IMG/VR virus record: IMGVR_UViG_3300032246_001270
Reading direction: 5' to 3' (one strand)
From: a virus
Length of the DNA stretch: 64,000 nt
Made by a program: the position numbers and the translations under genes. The notes beneath the pieces are model-generated. The model saw only the letters and a program-made list of their open reading frames with translations, did no database searches and had not been told where the DNA came from. Shown piece after piece: positions 9,197 to 17,887 of this stretch (its first letter is position 1; every line of letters starts with the position of its first letter).

Positions 9197-10051
9197 TTAC
9201 GCTAACAATTTGTAATATTCATTGAAATGCTTGATTCTATCAGGTAATCCAATAGTACCACCATTTACTCGTTTTGTGATTGATGTTACAACTGCATCAG
9301 TTGCACCACCATCAGCCATTTTGTGTAATCCATTTTTATTGAAGAACCATGCTGCTGATGCTAATGCATATTGAGATGCTACTAAATCAGGATTATTTAC
9401 AATATCAGCTCCAATTGATTTACCAAATGCAGTGTAATTATCTTTTCCTGTTAATTGAATAAATCCTCTACCATGATATTTCCAACCATCACCACTTGCT
9501 TCTGCTCCGTTACCCATTCTACCACCATATACTTTGTTAGCGATTTTCTCTGGCTTTCTTTCGTAAGGAACTGCTGATTCTAATGTTGGAAAATACTTTT
9601 TAAATATTCCGTTCAATCCTTTTGCAGAGTAATTTAAGTTTTCTTGCGTTAAACGGAATCCACCACTCTCATGTCCGCATTGTGCTAAGAAGTGTGCTAA
9701 TCTTAATGGAGTGTTGATTTCAAATTTAGATGCTACTTCTGGAATCATTGCTATAACACTATCAGGAATATGTCCTTTTAATGTATCTAACTTCAATCCA
9801 GTTGTGTTAGCTACCGGTGCCGATGCTACTACCGGTGCTGGTGTTGGAGTTGGTGCAGCTGCTGGAGCTGTTCCCATTATTTTATTCCAAGTACCATCAC
9901 CTACAATACCATCTGCTGTTAATCCGTTCTTTGATTGAAAAGCTTTTACTGCTTCTTCTGTTTTAGGTCCAAAGTTACCTACTGGGTCTAAACCTAATTT
10001 TGTTTGTAATTGTTTGACATTTTCATTATTGTCACCTCTCTTTAACAACAT
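9197..10051 (-). CDS. Endolysin: peptidoglycan-binding domain + Pro/Ala linker + GH19 domain
   Basis: LKRGD...VKQLQ..LG....G.FGPKTE.AVK.FQ...GL.ADGIVG (PG-binding type 1); LAHFLAQCGHESGG and YHGRGFIQLTG (GH19). Start revised to ATG 10051. Confidence 0.92.
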   Translation of the reverse strand: MLLKRGDNNENVKQLQTKLGLDPVGNFGPKTEEAVKAFQSKNGLTADGIVGDGTWNKIMGTAPAAAPTPTPAPVVASAPVANTTGLKLDTLKGHIPDSVIAMIPEVASKFEINTPLRLAHFLAQCGHESGGFRLTQENLNYSAKGLNGIFKKYFPTLESAVPYERKPEKIANKVYGGRMGNGAEASGDGWKYHGRGFIQLTGKDNYTAFGKSIGADIVNNPDLVASQYALASAAWFFNKNGLHKMADGGATDAVVTSITKRVNGGTIGLPDRIKHFNEYYKLLA

Positions 10052-10058
10052 AATTTTT

Positions 10059-10478
10059 CTATTTAGTTTGTTCTTTATTTCCTTCACCAAAATCAATCAC
10101 TTCAAAAACTCTTGTCTGAATTTTCTTAGTTCCTTCGGCGTTTGTTAATATGATTGAATTTTTAAACTTCTGCCAATTAATGACAAAAGATGTATCTAAT
10201 ACCCCACCATTTTCCTCTTTAACCAATTCGTTAAGAGCATTTATAGTGTAAAGTGAGTTAGATTCTTTTTTTCTATGTATTAGGATTGTGTTTTCCAATG
10301 GGGTCTCCGGTTGGAAAGCAGTATCTATATTATAAGTTACAAACAATTCCTCTAAATTGGACTTGTTTTGTAATATGTATATATAATTGTAGACTATATG
10401 ATAAGTCTCTCTAATTTGTTGTAGAGTGTTTTGCAACTCCTCTTTTGTTGTAAATGTACAAAGTAACTGTGTCTTCAT
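10059..10478 (-). CDS. Hypothetical phage protein, 139 aa
   Basis: Clean ORF with an ATATTTATA motif 27 nt upstream, directly before the endolysin; no transmembrane segment. Confidence 0.75.
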   Translation of the reverse strand: MKTQLLCTFTTKEELQNTLQQIRETYHIVYNYIYILQNKSNLEELFVTYNIDTAFQPETPLENTILIHRKKESNSLYTINALNELVKEENGGVLDTSFVINWQKFKNSIILTNAEGTKKIQTRVFEVIDFGEGNKEQTK

Positions 10479-10549
10479 CCTTCCTCTTGTTTCTTTTTAT
10501 TACCTATAAATATTAAAAACAAAAAGGAAGGGTAAAAACGGGTTATTTT

Positions 10550-13500
10550 TTATTTATCATGACCTTTACAGCAATCGGCAAATCCTTCGTGGATACTTAA
10601 TTCAAGTTTCCATGTACTACCATACATAATACCATCAGGTCTACAATTAAGTACACCAATAGGTATTGTTCGTTTACCATTATCAGCTGCATAAGCTAAT
10701 GTTGGTTCACCATTATAATCTACAATTACTAATTTTTCAACAACATCATCAAACTTATCAGCTCCTAAACATTTGGTAATAGTATCTCTATCTAAATTTA
10801 TACCACCGCCTTTTTCACCCAAAATAGCCCATTCCTTACCTTCCATAAGGTCTTTTAGTGGGAATTGAGTTGATATATTTTCTAAAAGAGCTTTCTTATT
10901 ATCATTATCACTAATCAAATATTCCAATACTGCTTTAGAATGGTCATGTGAATTTTTGGTGATTGTTTTTTTATACTCTGCTGATTTAGTTTTGTTACCA
11001 GCCGTACTGATAATTCCTCCCATCAAAGCTACGTTTAATTTTCGTCTATCTTTTTTGTTTGTAATACCCATTTCGTTAAGTACCAAATCAAAGTTTTCAG
11101 CAGTTGTTAAATCATATTCTGCCAAAGTATCAAGAGTTTCCATTAACTCCATAGCGTATTTATCACCTTTTTGATTTAAATCCTTTCCAATTTGTGCACA
11201 TACTTTTTTTCTTTCAGCCGGCTTCATAGCCAAATATTTTGTTAAAAACTCATTTCTTTCAGCTACAACTTTTCTATCGTTCTCCATTTCATCATGTAAC
11301 TTAGCTTGTCTTTCTCCCGCTAGTGTTGGATTTGCTTCAGATGGTATTTTATCTTCAAAATCTTTTTCTATATCTCGCATCATTCGGTTAAGTTGACTCT
11401 TTCTTTCTTTAATGGCCATAGGTCTTACATTACCTTTTTTATCAGTAATTGTATATTCACCAGCAGGTGCGTTATCATCAAGACCATCATAGGAATCCAA
11501 TTCATTACCCAATGCACTATATTGAGCTTTTACTTGAGGGTTAGCCCATCGCAATACTGTTGTTGCAAAAACCCTACCTGTTGTAGAGTTAAATCCATTT
11601 ACTTTTTTATTTTTTTTCAAAGATGGTTGTAACCACTTTTGAGTTCTAGTACCATCTTTAGCAATACAATCTACCATTGTATTAATATCCGTTGATTTAC
11701 CTTTATCTTTTTTGTAATTTTTAACACCAGCCGCTTTAGCTTCAGATGGGATATCCCAAAAGTTTGTTTGTACTTCATGTCCACCAGGGCAATCTTTTTT
11801 AAGTTTTCTGTGAAATGCTTCACAAGAGTCCTCTGCTGAATTTACCCATGCAAGTGTTAATGCCGATTTGTTTTCTCCTTTTTTAACTTGTTCTCTTAGA
11901 TAATCAAAAAATTCTTTTCTTTTTGCTGGGTCTTGTATAGTAGCTCCCATTAAAGTAGTTAGTTCACCTAATGTAGAATCTAACGTACCAGCTCCAGCAG
12001 CATCCGTTAAATCGGTAATAGTAAATTTTCCTTTTGCAAAGTTTAATGCATTTGTCAAAACAGACATATATTTTGCTGGGAATTTTGTAGCTCCTTCTTT
12101 AACTCCCATAGCTGTATAAACATCATCAATTTTTACATAGTTAATTTCCGTTGATTTCATTTCTTTTAGGCGTTTAACTCTATCTTTGTGAGCCATACCA
12201 GGTTCACTAAATTTAGTATCGGTATTATATGTTTGTTCAACTTTAGAAGATGTTTCACCATCTACTCTATCATCATAATTTACTTTTGTATTTGATTTTT
12301 TAGTAGCCTTCTTTTCCCCATCACCTCTTACATCTTTGTAGTCTTTTCCAAATAAACCAGCCCCAGCTACAGGTTCATTTTGTGCTGGTTTTGATATTCC
12401 CACATCTTTATTTACTTTATCCTTCTCATCTTTACTTAACATAGATAATCCACTCTTACCCTTTTCGGATTTGTGAGTTATTTCACCATCTGCAGATGTT
12501 GCGTAATATCCACCCCCTCTATGAAAGTATCCAGGGTGGTCTTTAGATTGACCCTTTTTAGCTTCAGCTTCATTTAATATTTCACGTAAAAGTTGCTCAA
12601 CAGATTCTTTTATTATTGCTTCATATTTCATTTTTGTTTCATTTTCTGATTGTTCACTTTTATTTTCATTATATGAGTCAACAGCATCTGCCATTATTTC
12701 ATCAGGTATATCTTCTGATTCTAATTTCTTAGAAATGATTTCCATAAATTTCATCATATCCGCATCATCATCTTCTGCCCCAGCAAATAGAGCTGCTTTA
12801 CCCGCTCCAACTGCTACAGTTTCCGCAACAACATGAGGTATAAATTCCATCATTACGTGCTTACCAAACGCAACTGCTCCATGCGCCAATCCACCACCAG
12901 CTGCTCCAAATGCTGCAGCCACTGCAACTTTTTTAGCAACTCCAATTAAGGCTTTCTTTTCAGATTCGGATACCTTTCCACCACTAAAGAAATTTTTAAC
13001 TCCACTACCAGCTTCTTTAAATAAATGAACTTCATGCTCAGCTCCATGCTTTATAGCTTCCCAAGCTCCTTTTGCTTTATGTTTAAATGCTTCACCAAAA
13101 CTTCTTCTTTCAGGTGAATTTCCTTTATGTACTTTTTTAACAAAGAATTCAGTTTCATTTTCTTTGAATTTCTTTACACCATCTTTAATTCTATCAATAG
13201 CTTTTTTAGCAGTATTATTAATTTTACCGTCCGGTGCTGATGTTGTTTTATCTGTTGGTGGTGTTGTATCGGGTCTGCCAGGCTCATTCATAGGTGGTTG
13301 CTTTGCATCCGTTCCTGTTTGTTTACCACTCTTAGCTGCTACACCAAATTCATTTGCAAAAGTATTTGATGTTTCAATAGCATCATCAATTGGTTGGTCG
13401 ATAATCATTGTCTTTAATGGCAATGGATTATCAGGGTGTTCCATATTATATGCCGTAATTGCTGCCCATCTATGATGCCCATCAACTACATATCCATCTT

Positions 13501-14785
13501 TACTTACATAAAGTGGTGCTGTCATTTTCTTATATGCTGGATGTGAAGGTCCTGCATCTAATACCGATTTCATTCCTAATACTTTATCACCAACTAATTC
13601 AGTTTGAGTTGCCTTTAATGATTCAGATGGAACTTCTGCATCGGTTACTTTAATTCCTTTATCTGCCAACATTTGTCTAAAATATGGTTCTCCATCGGCT
13701 TCCGTAGCAGTTGGGTCTTTTTCTTTTGCTTTTTGTAATACATCCCACGCTTGTGTTCCTTCTTTTGGTTCACCTTTAAATTGTGGCATATCTTTACGAG
13801 GAATTCCTTTATTACCAGAACAAAATAAGTTTGAGTTTGGTAATGATACTTTACATAAATTATATGTTGGTTCTTGATGTTTCTTTACTTCATCTTCAAA
13901 TTCCTTTTTAGAATCATCTTTTAAATCTTTAACTTGCTCAGGCGTATATCCAAACTTAGCCATTGCTTCACCTTCAGCTTTTTTCTTATCTTCTTTAAAG
14001 TGTTCATAGTACTTATTCATTTGAGTACTTTTCTCTTTTAAGAATTTAGGGTCTATTTCACTTAATTTTGGTTCTGTTTCGATTGTAGTTCCTGCAATCT
14101 TACCATCTTTCTCAACACCCTTTTCATTTTGAGGTGGAGGGTTTGTTGGTTCACTAAATTCTACTTCAGGCTTTTTTTCATTTGGTTTATTATCATCACC
14201 AACTTTTTTATCATTCTCAGCCTCACTATCCTTTTCTTTATTTGCTAATTTATCATTTGCTGCTTTTTCTTTATCCAATCTAGCTCCCATAGCAGGGTCT
14301 AATTTTGGGTCAAACATTGGTGCCGCTTTTTTAATTGGGTCTTCTTTTGGTTGTTCACCACCCTTATCATCTTTAGGTTTTTCTTCTCCAGCAGGTTCAG
14401 TTGATTTACCATCTTTCTCACCACCTAATGATTTATTCATAGCATCTCTTTCAGGAGTACCATCTGCAGGAATTAATTTTTCGGCGGCATCTCTACCAGC
14501 AGTTCCTTTAGCTAATCTTAAAAGATTACCAACAGCTCCTTCCTTATCTTCACCCTTTTCATTTTTATATTTAATTACTTTATTTAAAATAGGATTACTG
14601 AATTGTTTATTTTCAGCTTCTCTAAGATTTTCAAATAATTCATCTTTTATTTCTGATAATCCCATTTCAGAAAGCACTATTGATAATTCAGCCAAATGCT
14701 TTGAATTTTTTGGATTAGGTTGTCCATTATCCACTCTATAAGCCCATTCGCTTATTATTTCGTTAATTAATTCTGATTTGGTCAT
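10550..14785 (-). CDS. Large multidomain protein: ParB/Srx-like domain, hydrophobic Gly/Ala segment and possible C-terminal PD-(D/E)xK-like nuclease
   Basis: SLKATQTEL...PLYVSKDGYVVDGHHRWAA (ParB-like); VAVAAAFGAAGGGLAHGAVAFG hydrophobic stretch; GE...STDI...SLKK pattern near the C-terminus. Confidence 0.75.
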   Translation of the reverse strand: MTKSELINEIISEWAYRVDNGQPNPKNSKHLAELSIVLSEMGLSEIKDELFENLREAENKQFSNPILNKVIKYKNEKGEDKEGAVGNLLRLAKGTAGRDAAEKLIPADGTPERDAMNKSLGGEKDGKSTEPAGEEKPKDDKGGEQPKEDPIKKAAPMFDPKLDPAMGARLDKEKAANDKLANKEKDSEAENDKKVGDDNKPNEKKPEVEFSEPTNPPPQNEKGVEKDGKIAGTTIETEPKLSEIDPKFLKEKSTQMNKYYEHFKEDKKKAEGEAMAKFGYTPEQVKDLKDDSKKEFEDEVKKHQEPTYNLCKVSLPNSNLFCSGNKGIPRKDMPQFKGEPKEGTQAWDVLQKAKEKDPTATEADGEPYFRQMLADKGIKVTDAEVPSESLKATQTELVGDKVLGMKSVLDAGPSHPAYKKMTAPLYVSKDGYVVDGHHRWAAITAYNMEHPDNPLPLKTMIIDQPIDDAIETSNTFANEFGVAAKSGKQTGTDAKQPPMNEPGRPDTTPPTDKTTSAPDGKINNTAKKAIDRIKDGVKKFKENETEFFVKKVHKGNSPERRSFGEAFKHKAKGAWEAIKHGAEHEVHLFKEAGSGVKNFFSGGKVSESEKKALIGVAKKVAVAAAFGAAGGGLAHGAVAFGKHVMMEFIPHVVAETVAVGAGKAALFAGAEDDDADMMKFMEIISKKLESEDIPDEIMADAVDSYNENKSEQSENETKMKYEAIIKESVEQLLREILNEAEAKKGQSKDHPGYFHRGGGYYATSADGEITHKSEKGKSGLSMLSKDEKDKVNKDVGISKPAQNEPVAGAGLFGKDYKDVRGDGEKKATKKSNTKVNYDDRVDGETSSKVEQTYNTDTKFSEPGMAHKDRVKRLKEMKSTEINYVKIDDVYTAMGVKEGATKFPAKYMSVLTNALNFAKGKFTITDLTDAAGAGTLDSTLGELTTLMGATIQDPAKRKEFFDYLREQVKKGENKSALTLAWVNSAEDSCEAFHRKLKKDCPGGHEVQTNFWDIPSEAKAAGVKNYKKDKGKSTDINTMVDCIAKDGTRTQKWLQPSLKKNKKVNGFNSTTGRVFATTVLRWANPQVKAQYSALGNELDSYDGLDDNAPAGEYTITDKKGNVRPMAIKERKSQLNRMMRDIEKDFEDKIPSEANPTLAGERQAKLHDEMENDRKVVAERNEFLTKYLAMKPAERKKVCAQIGKDLNQKGDKYAMELMETLDTLAEYDLTTAENFDLVLNEMGITNKKDRRKLNVALMGGIISTAGNKTKSAEYKKTITKNSHDHSKAVLEYLISDNDNKKALLENISTQFPLKDLMEGKEWAILGEKGGGINLDRDTITKCLGADKFDDVVEKLVIVDYNGEPTLAYAADNGKRTIPIGVLNCRPDGIMYGSTWKLELSIHEGFADCCKGHDK

Positions 14786-15429
14786 TATTTTTTAAATTTA
14801 AATCCACTCAATTTTTCTACATCCGATACCAATACTTTATGTGAATTTACACCAGTTGGTTTATCAGTTGTATTGTTGAAAATATATGCTAAGTATTCTT
14901 TTGTTTTAACTACATATATAACTTTCCAACATTGTGTAGGAACTGCTACTTTATTTGTACCTATTGTTTTTGCAACACCAACACTTCCACACCATACATG
15001 AACTGAATCATTATCTTTTGAAATTTGTCTTTCTAATACCTCTACCGATTTCCAATCTCCTGCATTTAAACTATGATATTGTGCAGTCATATTTGAAAAA
15101 TAAAAACACTCATCTTGAACTGCTGGAGTTTGACATTGATTCTCTGCAGCCGGCATATTGTGTCCTCTATCCGTTCCACTACCCACATAATCAGCCGCTA
15201 AGTTTGTTTCATTAGGTAATTGTGGGTCTGGCTTAAAATTATCTTTTCTAGCCAATGGAGTAGGACATCCCACTTTAGCTTTTGTAATCCACCATTCAAC
15301 TTCTACTGGATATTTTTTTGATTTAGAGAAATGTGTTGTATAGTTGATATGTTTAATAACCACTACATCTTGTCCAATCGCACCTACCATTATAAATAAC
15401 AGTGGTAATAAAACTAATAATTTTTTCAT
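14785..15429 (-). CDS. Secreted DNA/RNA non-specific endonuclease (His-Me finger, NucA/Serratia type)
   Basis: DRGH motif, F..SNM..Q...LN.G.W...E and VP...WKV; signal peptide MKKLLVLLPLLFIMVGAIG followed by Q; stop overlaps the next start (TAATG). Confidence 0.9.
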   Translation of the reverse strand: MKKLLVLLPLLFIMVGAIGQDVVVIKHINYTTHFSKSKKYPVEVEWWITKAKVGCPTPLARKDNFKPDPQLPNETNLAADYVGSGTDRGHNMPAAENQCQTPAVQDECFYFSNMTAQYHSLNAGDWKSVEVLERQISKDNDSVHVWCGSVGVAKTIGTNKVAVPTQCWKVIYVVKTKEYLAYIFNNTTDKPTGVNSHKVLVSDVEKLSGFKFKK

Positions 15430-15466
15430 TTATAGCATGTTTTTGTATATACTATAAATATACTCC

Positions 15467-16750
15467 TTATAACTTTCCGTAATCTAATCCCCAACTTGCT
15501 TTTATTGGAAAACCTCCATCTTCAATGATTTCTTTCAATCCCTTAATCATCCCCCTATCAACATCAACAGGAACATCAAATAGAAACGAATCATATGTGT
15601 ATAGACAAAAGCTAATCCCACTTCCTTCAATATAATCCAATATCCTTTTCATCTTATCCACATTCATTTCAGTTTCCACCGCTTGTAATAAATAGTTAAA
15701 TACCTTTTGTGGGTTAGGTTGTTCAATCCAATCCAAAGGAATAATACGATGTGGTGTTTGTAGGAATCCTCTCTTTTGGGTTTCCATCCACAATTCATCT
15801 ATCCAATCAGCTACGGCTTTAAAGTACGGAATTTGACGGAAATCATCATCAATACCACCATATAATAATTGGAATGTTACTCCCTTCGATTCTTCAATAC
15901 TACAACCATATTGGTCAGCTAACCATTGGTGTACATTACCTTCCGGCATATCGAACTTTACCAACTTACCGATTAGTCGTGGATGATATGCGTTATAATC
16001 CATTTGTAGGAATATTCCATCCGATACAAACACATCTCTACTACCATCCGTTTTGTTTAAGGCTGCGTAATTGATACCACCATGTCTATTGGATGGTCTT
16101 CCCGTTACCGTAAATGGATTGTATTCCGTAAACACACAATCCGCTTTGTTTAAGTGCTTTTGAGCTTGAGGCCATCTATCAATAAATTTTTTCCCATCGA
16201 CACGGATTCCAAATTGTTCAATACGAGCTAATGTGGGTATGAATATATCATTATACCAATTATAAGTTTTAGATTTCTGATTGACTAGTTTGTTTGGTTC
16301 ATACTCGATTGCTTCACACAATTTAAGAATGGGAATGGATTGAATGATGTCATCTTTGTAACCTTTGTGTATATAAGGTGCTACTAAGTTTTGTATTGGT
16401 TGAGAATAGTCTATTGTTTCACCATGCTTTAAGAAATAAGCGGTGTCAACATCATTCAAGCCTTCCCTTACATCCGTAAAAGATTGAAGTAGCTTTTTCT
16501 TTTGGAATACCCATTTTTCTCCGGCAGTATTTAATACCCCACATATTTGCTCATTAGAGAGTGATAGAGCGTCTGTATGTTGTTGGGTTAGTATATACTT
16601 GTCCGATTGGGTATGTACGAATATAAACGATATATGAGTGTTATTAGGGTGCTTATCATTGTCCACCCACATAGGATACCAAACCGAAGTTTCAGTTTCC
16701 AGCTTTTGGCTCAATTCGTTTAATTCATCAATAGACTCTATAATATTCAT
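15467..16750 (-). CDS. polA: Compact family A DNA polymerase (427 aa)
   Basis: TVTGRPSN, motif A DYNAYHPR, motif B KGVTFQLLYG, NYLLQA and motif C YTYDSF. Confidence 0.88.
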   Translation of the reverse strand: MNIIESIDELNELSQKLETETSVWYPMWVDNDKHPNNTHISFIFVHTQSDKYILTQQHTDALSLSNEQICGVLNTAGEKWVFQKKKLLQSFTDVREGLNDVDTAYFLKHGETIDYSQPIQNLVAPYIHKGYKDDIIQSIPILKLCEAIEYEPNKLVNQKSKTYNWYNDIFIPTLARIEQFGIRVDGKKFIDRWPQAQKHLNKADCVFTEYNPFTVTGRPSNRHGGINYAALNKTDGSRDVFVSDGIFLQMDYNAYHPRLIGKLVKFDMPEGNVHQWLADQYGCSIEESKGVTFQLLYGGIDDDFRQIPYFKAVADWIDELWMETQKRGFLQTPHRIIPLDWIEQPNPQKVFNYLLQAVETEMNVDKMKRILDYIEGSGISFCLYTYDSFLFDVPVDVDRGMIKGLKEIIEDGGFPIKASWGLDYGKL

Positions 16751-16756
16751 AGAATG

Positions 16757-16788
16757 TAAAGATACAACTTTTTTCCGAATATACCAAA
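16757..16788 (-). promoter_or_regulatory. Bacteroidota-type promoter for polA, probably giving a (near-)leaderless mRNA
   Basis: TTTG at 16788-16785, 20-nt spacer, TATCTTTA at 16764-16757; ATG only 6 nt downstream. Confidence 0.65.
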
Positions 16789-16789
16789 T

Positions 16790-16815
16790 AAAAAAAGGAG
16801 TATTTAACTCCCCTT
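16790..16815 (-). terminator. Possible terminator after the 239-aa gene
   Basis: Short ggag/ctcc stem followed by a 7-nt U-tract on the minus strand. Confidence 0.45.
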
Positions 16816-17523
16816 CTTCATATTTTTTATTAAATCTATATGACCATCACCAACCGGTGCTATCACTTTATATCCCTTTGATTCGTATTCTTTTGTTTTT
16901 TTAATTAGATTCTCATCTCTAATTTCATTAAATGTATCTGCTAATTTACTTACCGATGTTACCTTATCATTATAATCAGCTGGGAATGATAATCTATATA
17001 ATGTATCGTAATCAGTTTTTGTTGGTGTTTCAAAATTTTCTATTGGTGAAAATCCAGCTTCTTTTGCTGATTTTTGTAAATACTGCTTTCCTTGCTCATC
17101 TAAGTAATCCATTGATGGGAAATCGTTTGTGTTTTTATTTTGGCCAACCATACTTGCCCAATTTCCTGCTTTAACTATATTAAGTGGAAGATTCATTCTT
17201 TTCATTTGCTCTTTATACAAACGAGAACTATCATTCATTACATTAAGGTCTTTACCATCCCAACTATCGTTTATAAAATTTGGATAATAATCTTTTAGTT
17301 TAATATGAATATATTCAGGTTCAGAACCTTTTACATAAACATTATCATCATCACCACCCTCACCTAAAAATGCAATCTTTGTATTTTTTGGATACATTCT
17401 TTTAATATCATCCACAACTTCTTGAGCTTTTTTTAAATTATAATGTTCCATTCCAAAAAAGGCTGAACCATTCTTTGTTTTAAGTATTCTAGTTTCTTCT
17501 AATATTGATTTTAACGATATCAT
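16804..17523 (-). CDS. Hypothetical protein with TraB/Tiki/EreA-like metallohydrolase motifs and the N-terminal leader motif
   Basis: MISLKSILEE leader; FFGMEH, FLGEG, RDENL and VGDGH in the order typical of the TraB/Tiki/ChaN superfamily. Confidence 0.6.
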   Translation of the reverse strand: MISLKSILEETRILKTKNGSAFFGMEHYNLKKAQEVVDDIKRMYPKNTKIAFLGEGGDDDNVYVKGSEPEYIHIKLKDYYPNFINDSWDGKDLNVMNDSSRLYKEQMKRMNLPLNIVKAGNWASMVGQNKNTNDFPSMDYLDEQGKQYLQKSAKEAGFSPIENFETPTKTDYDTLYRLSFPADYNDKVTSVSKLADTFNEIRDENLIKKTKEYESKGYKVIAPVGDGHIDLIKNMKKGS

Positions 17524-17885
17524 AATGGTTTTCTAAATTGTAATAAATTTGGAAGATATAAATGAATTGATGGCATTTTAGGAATACAATTTTTAACAGA
17601 AATAAAATTAGATTGTTTTATTTCTTCATCAGTACCAATAATTCTCCAATCCAATAATATTTGTGTAAAAAATGGAGAAAACGCAAATTTAGAATAATCA
17701 ACATTACTTATTTCATAAATATAAGAAGCCTTATCATTTGCTTTTTGAATAAAATATCTAGTAATGTATCCTCTCTTATAATCCGTTTCAGTTGGTGATG
17801 GGACAAATGTATGTATAGTTGGTAGTGAAAATTCTATCAATTTTGATTTTGCAATATCTGCGTATCTAAATTTATTTATTGACAT
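17520..17885 (-). CDS. Hypothetical protein at the end of the baseplate operon
   Basis: P.PT..DYKRGYITRYF..K.N....YEI pattern. Start revised to ATG 17885, just after the upstream stop; ATGA overlap with the next gene. Confidence 0.7.
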   Translation of the reverse strand: MSINKFRYADIAKSKLIEFSLPTIHTFVPSPTETDYKRGYITRYFIQKANDKASYIYEISNVDYSKFAFSPFFTQILLDWRIIGTDEEIKQSNFISVKNCIPKMPSIHLYLPNLLQFRKPL

Positions 17886-17887
17886 AA

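Noticed and set aside
10059-10478. Holin next to the endolysin
   Set aside because: The 139-aa protein has no hydrophobic transmembrane segment.
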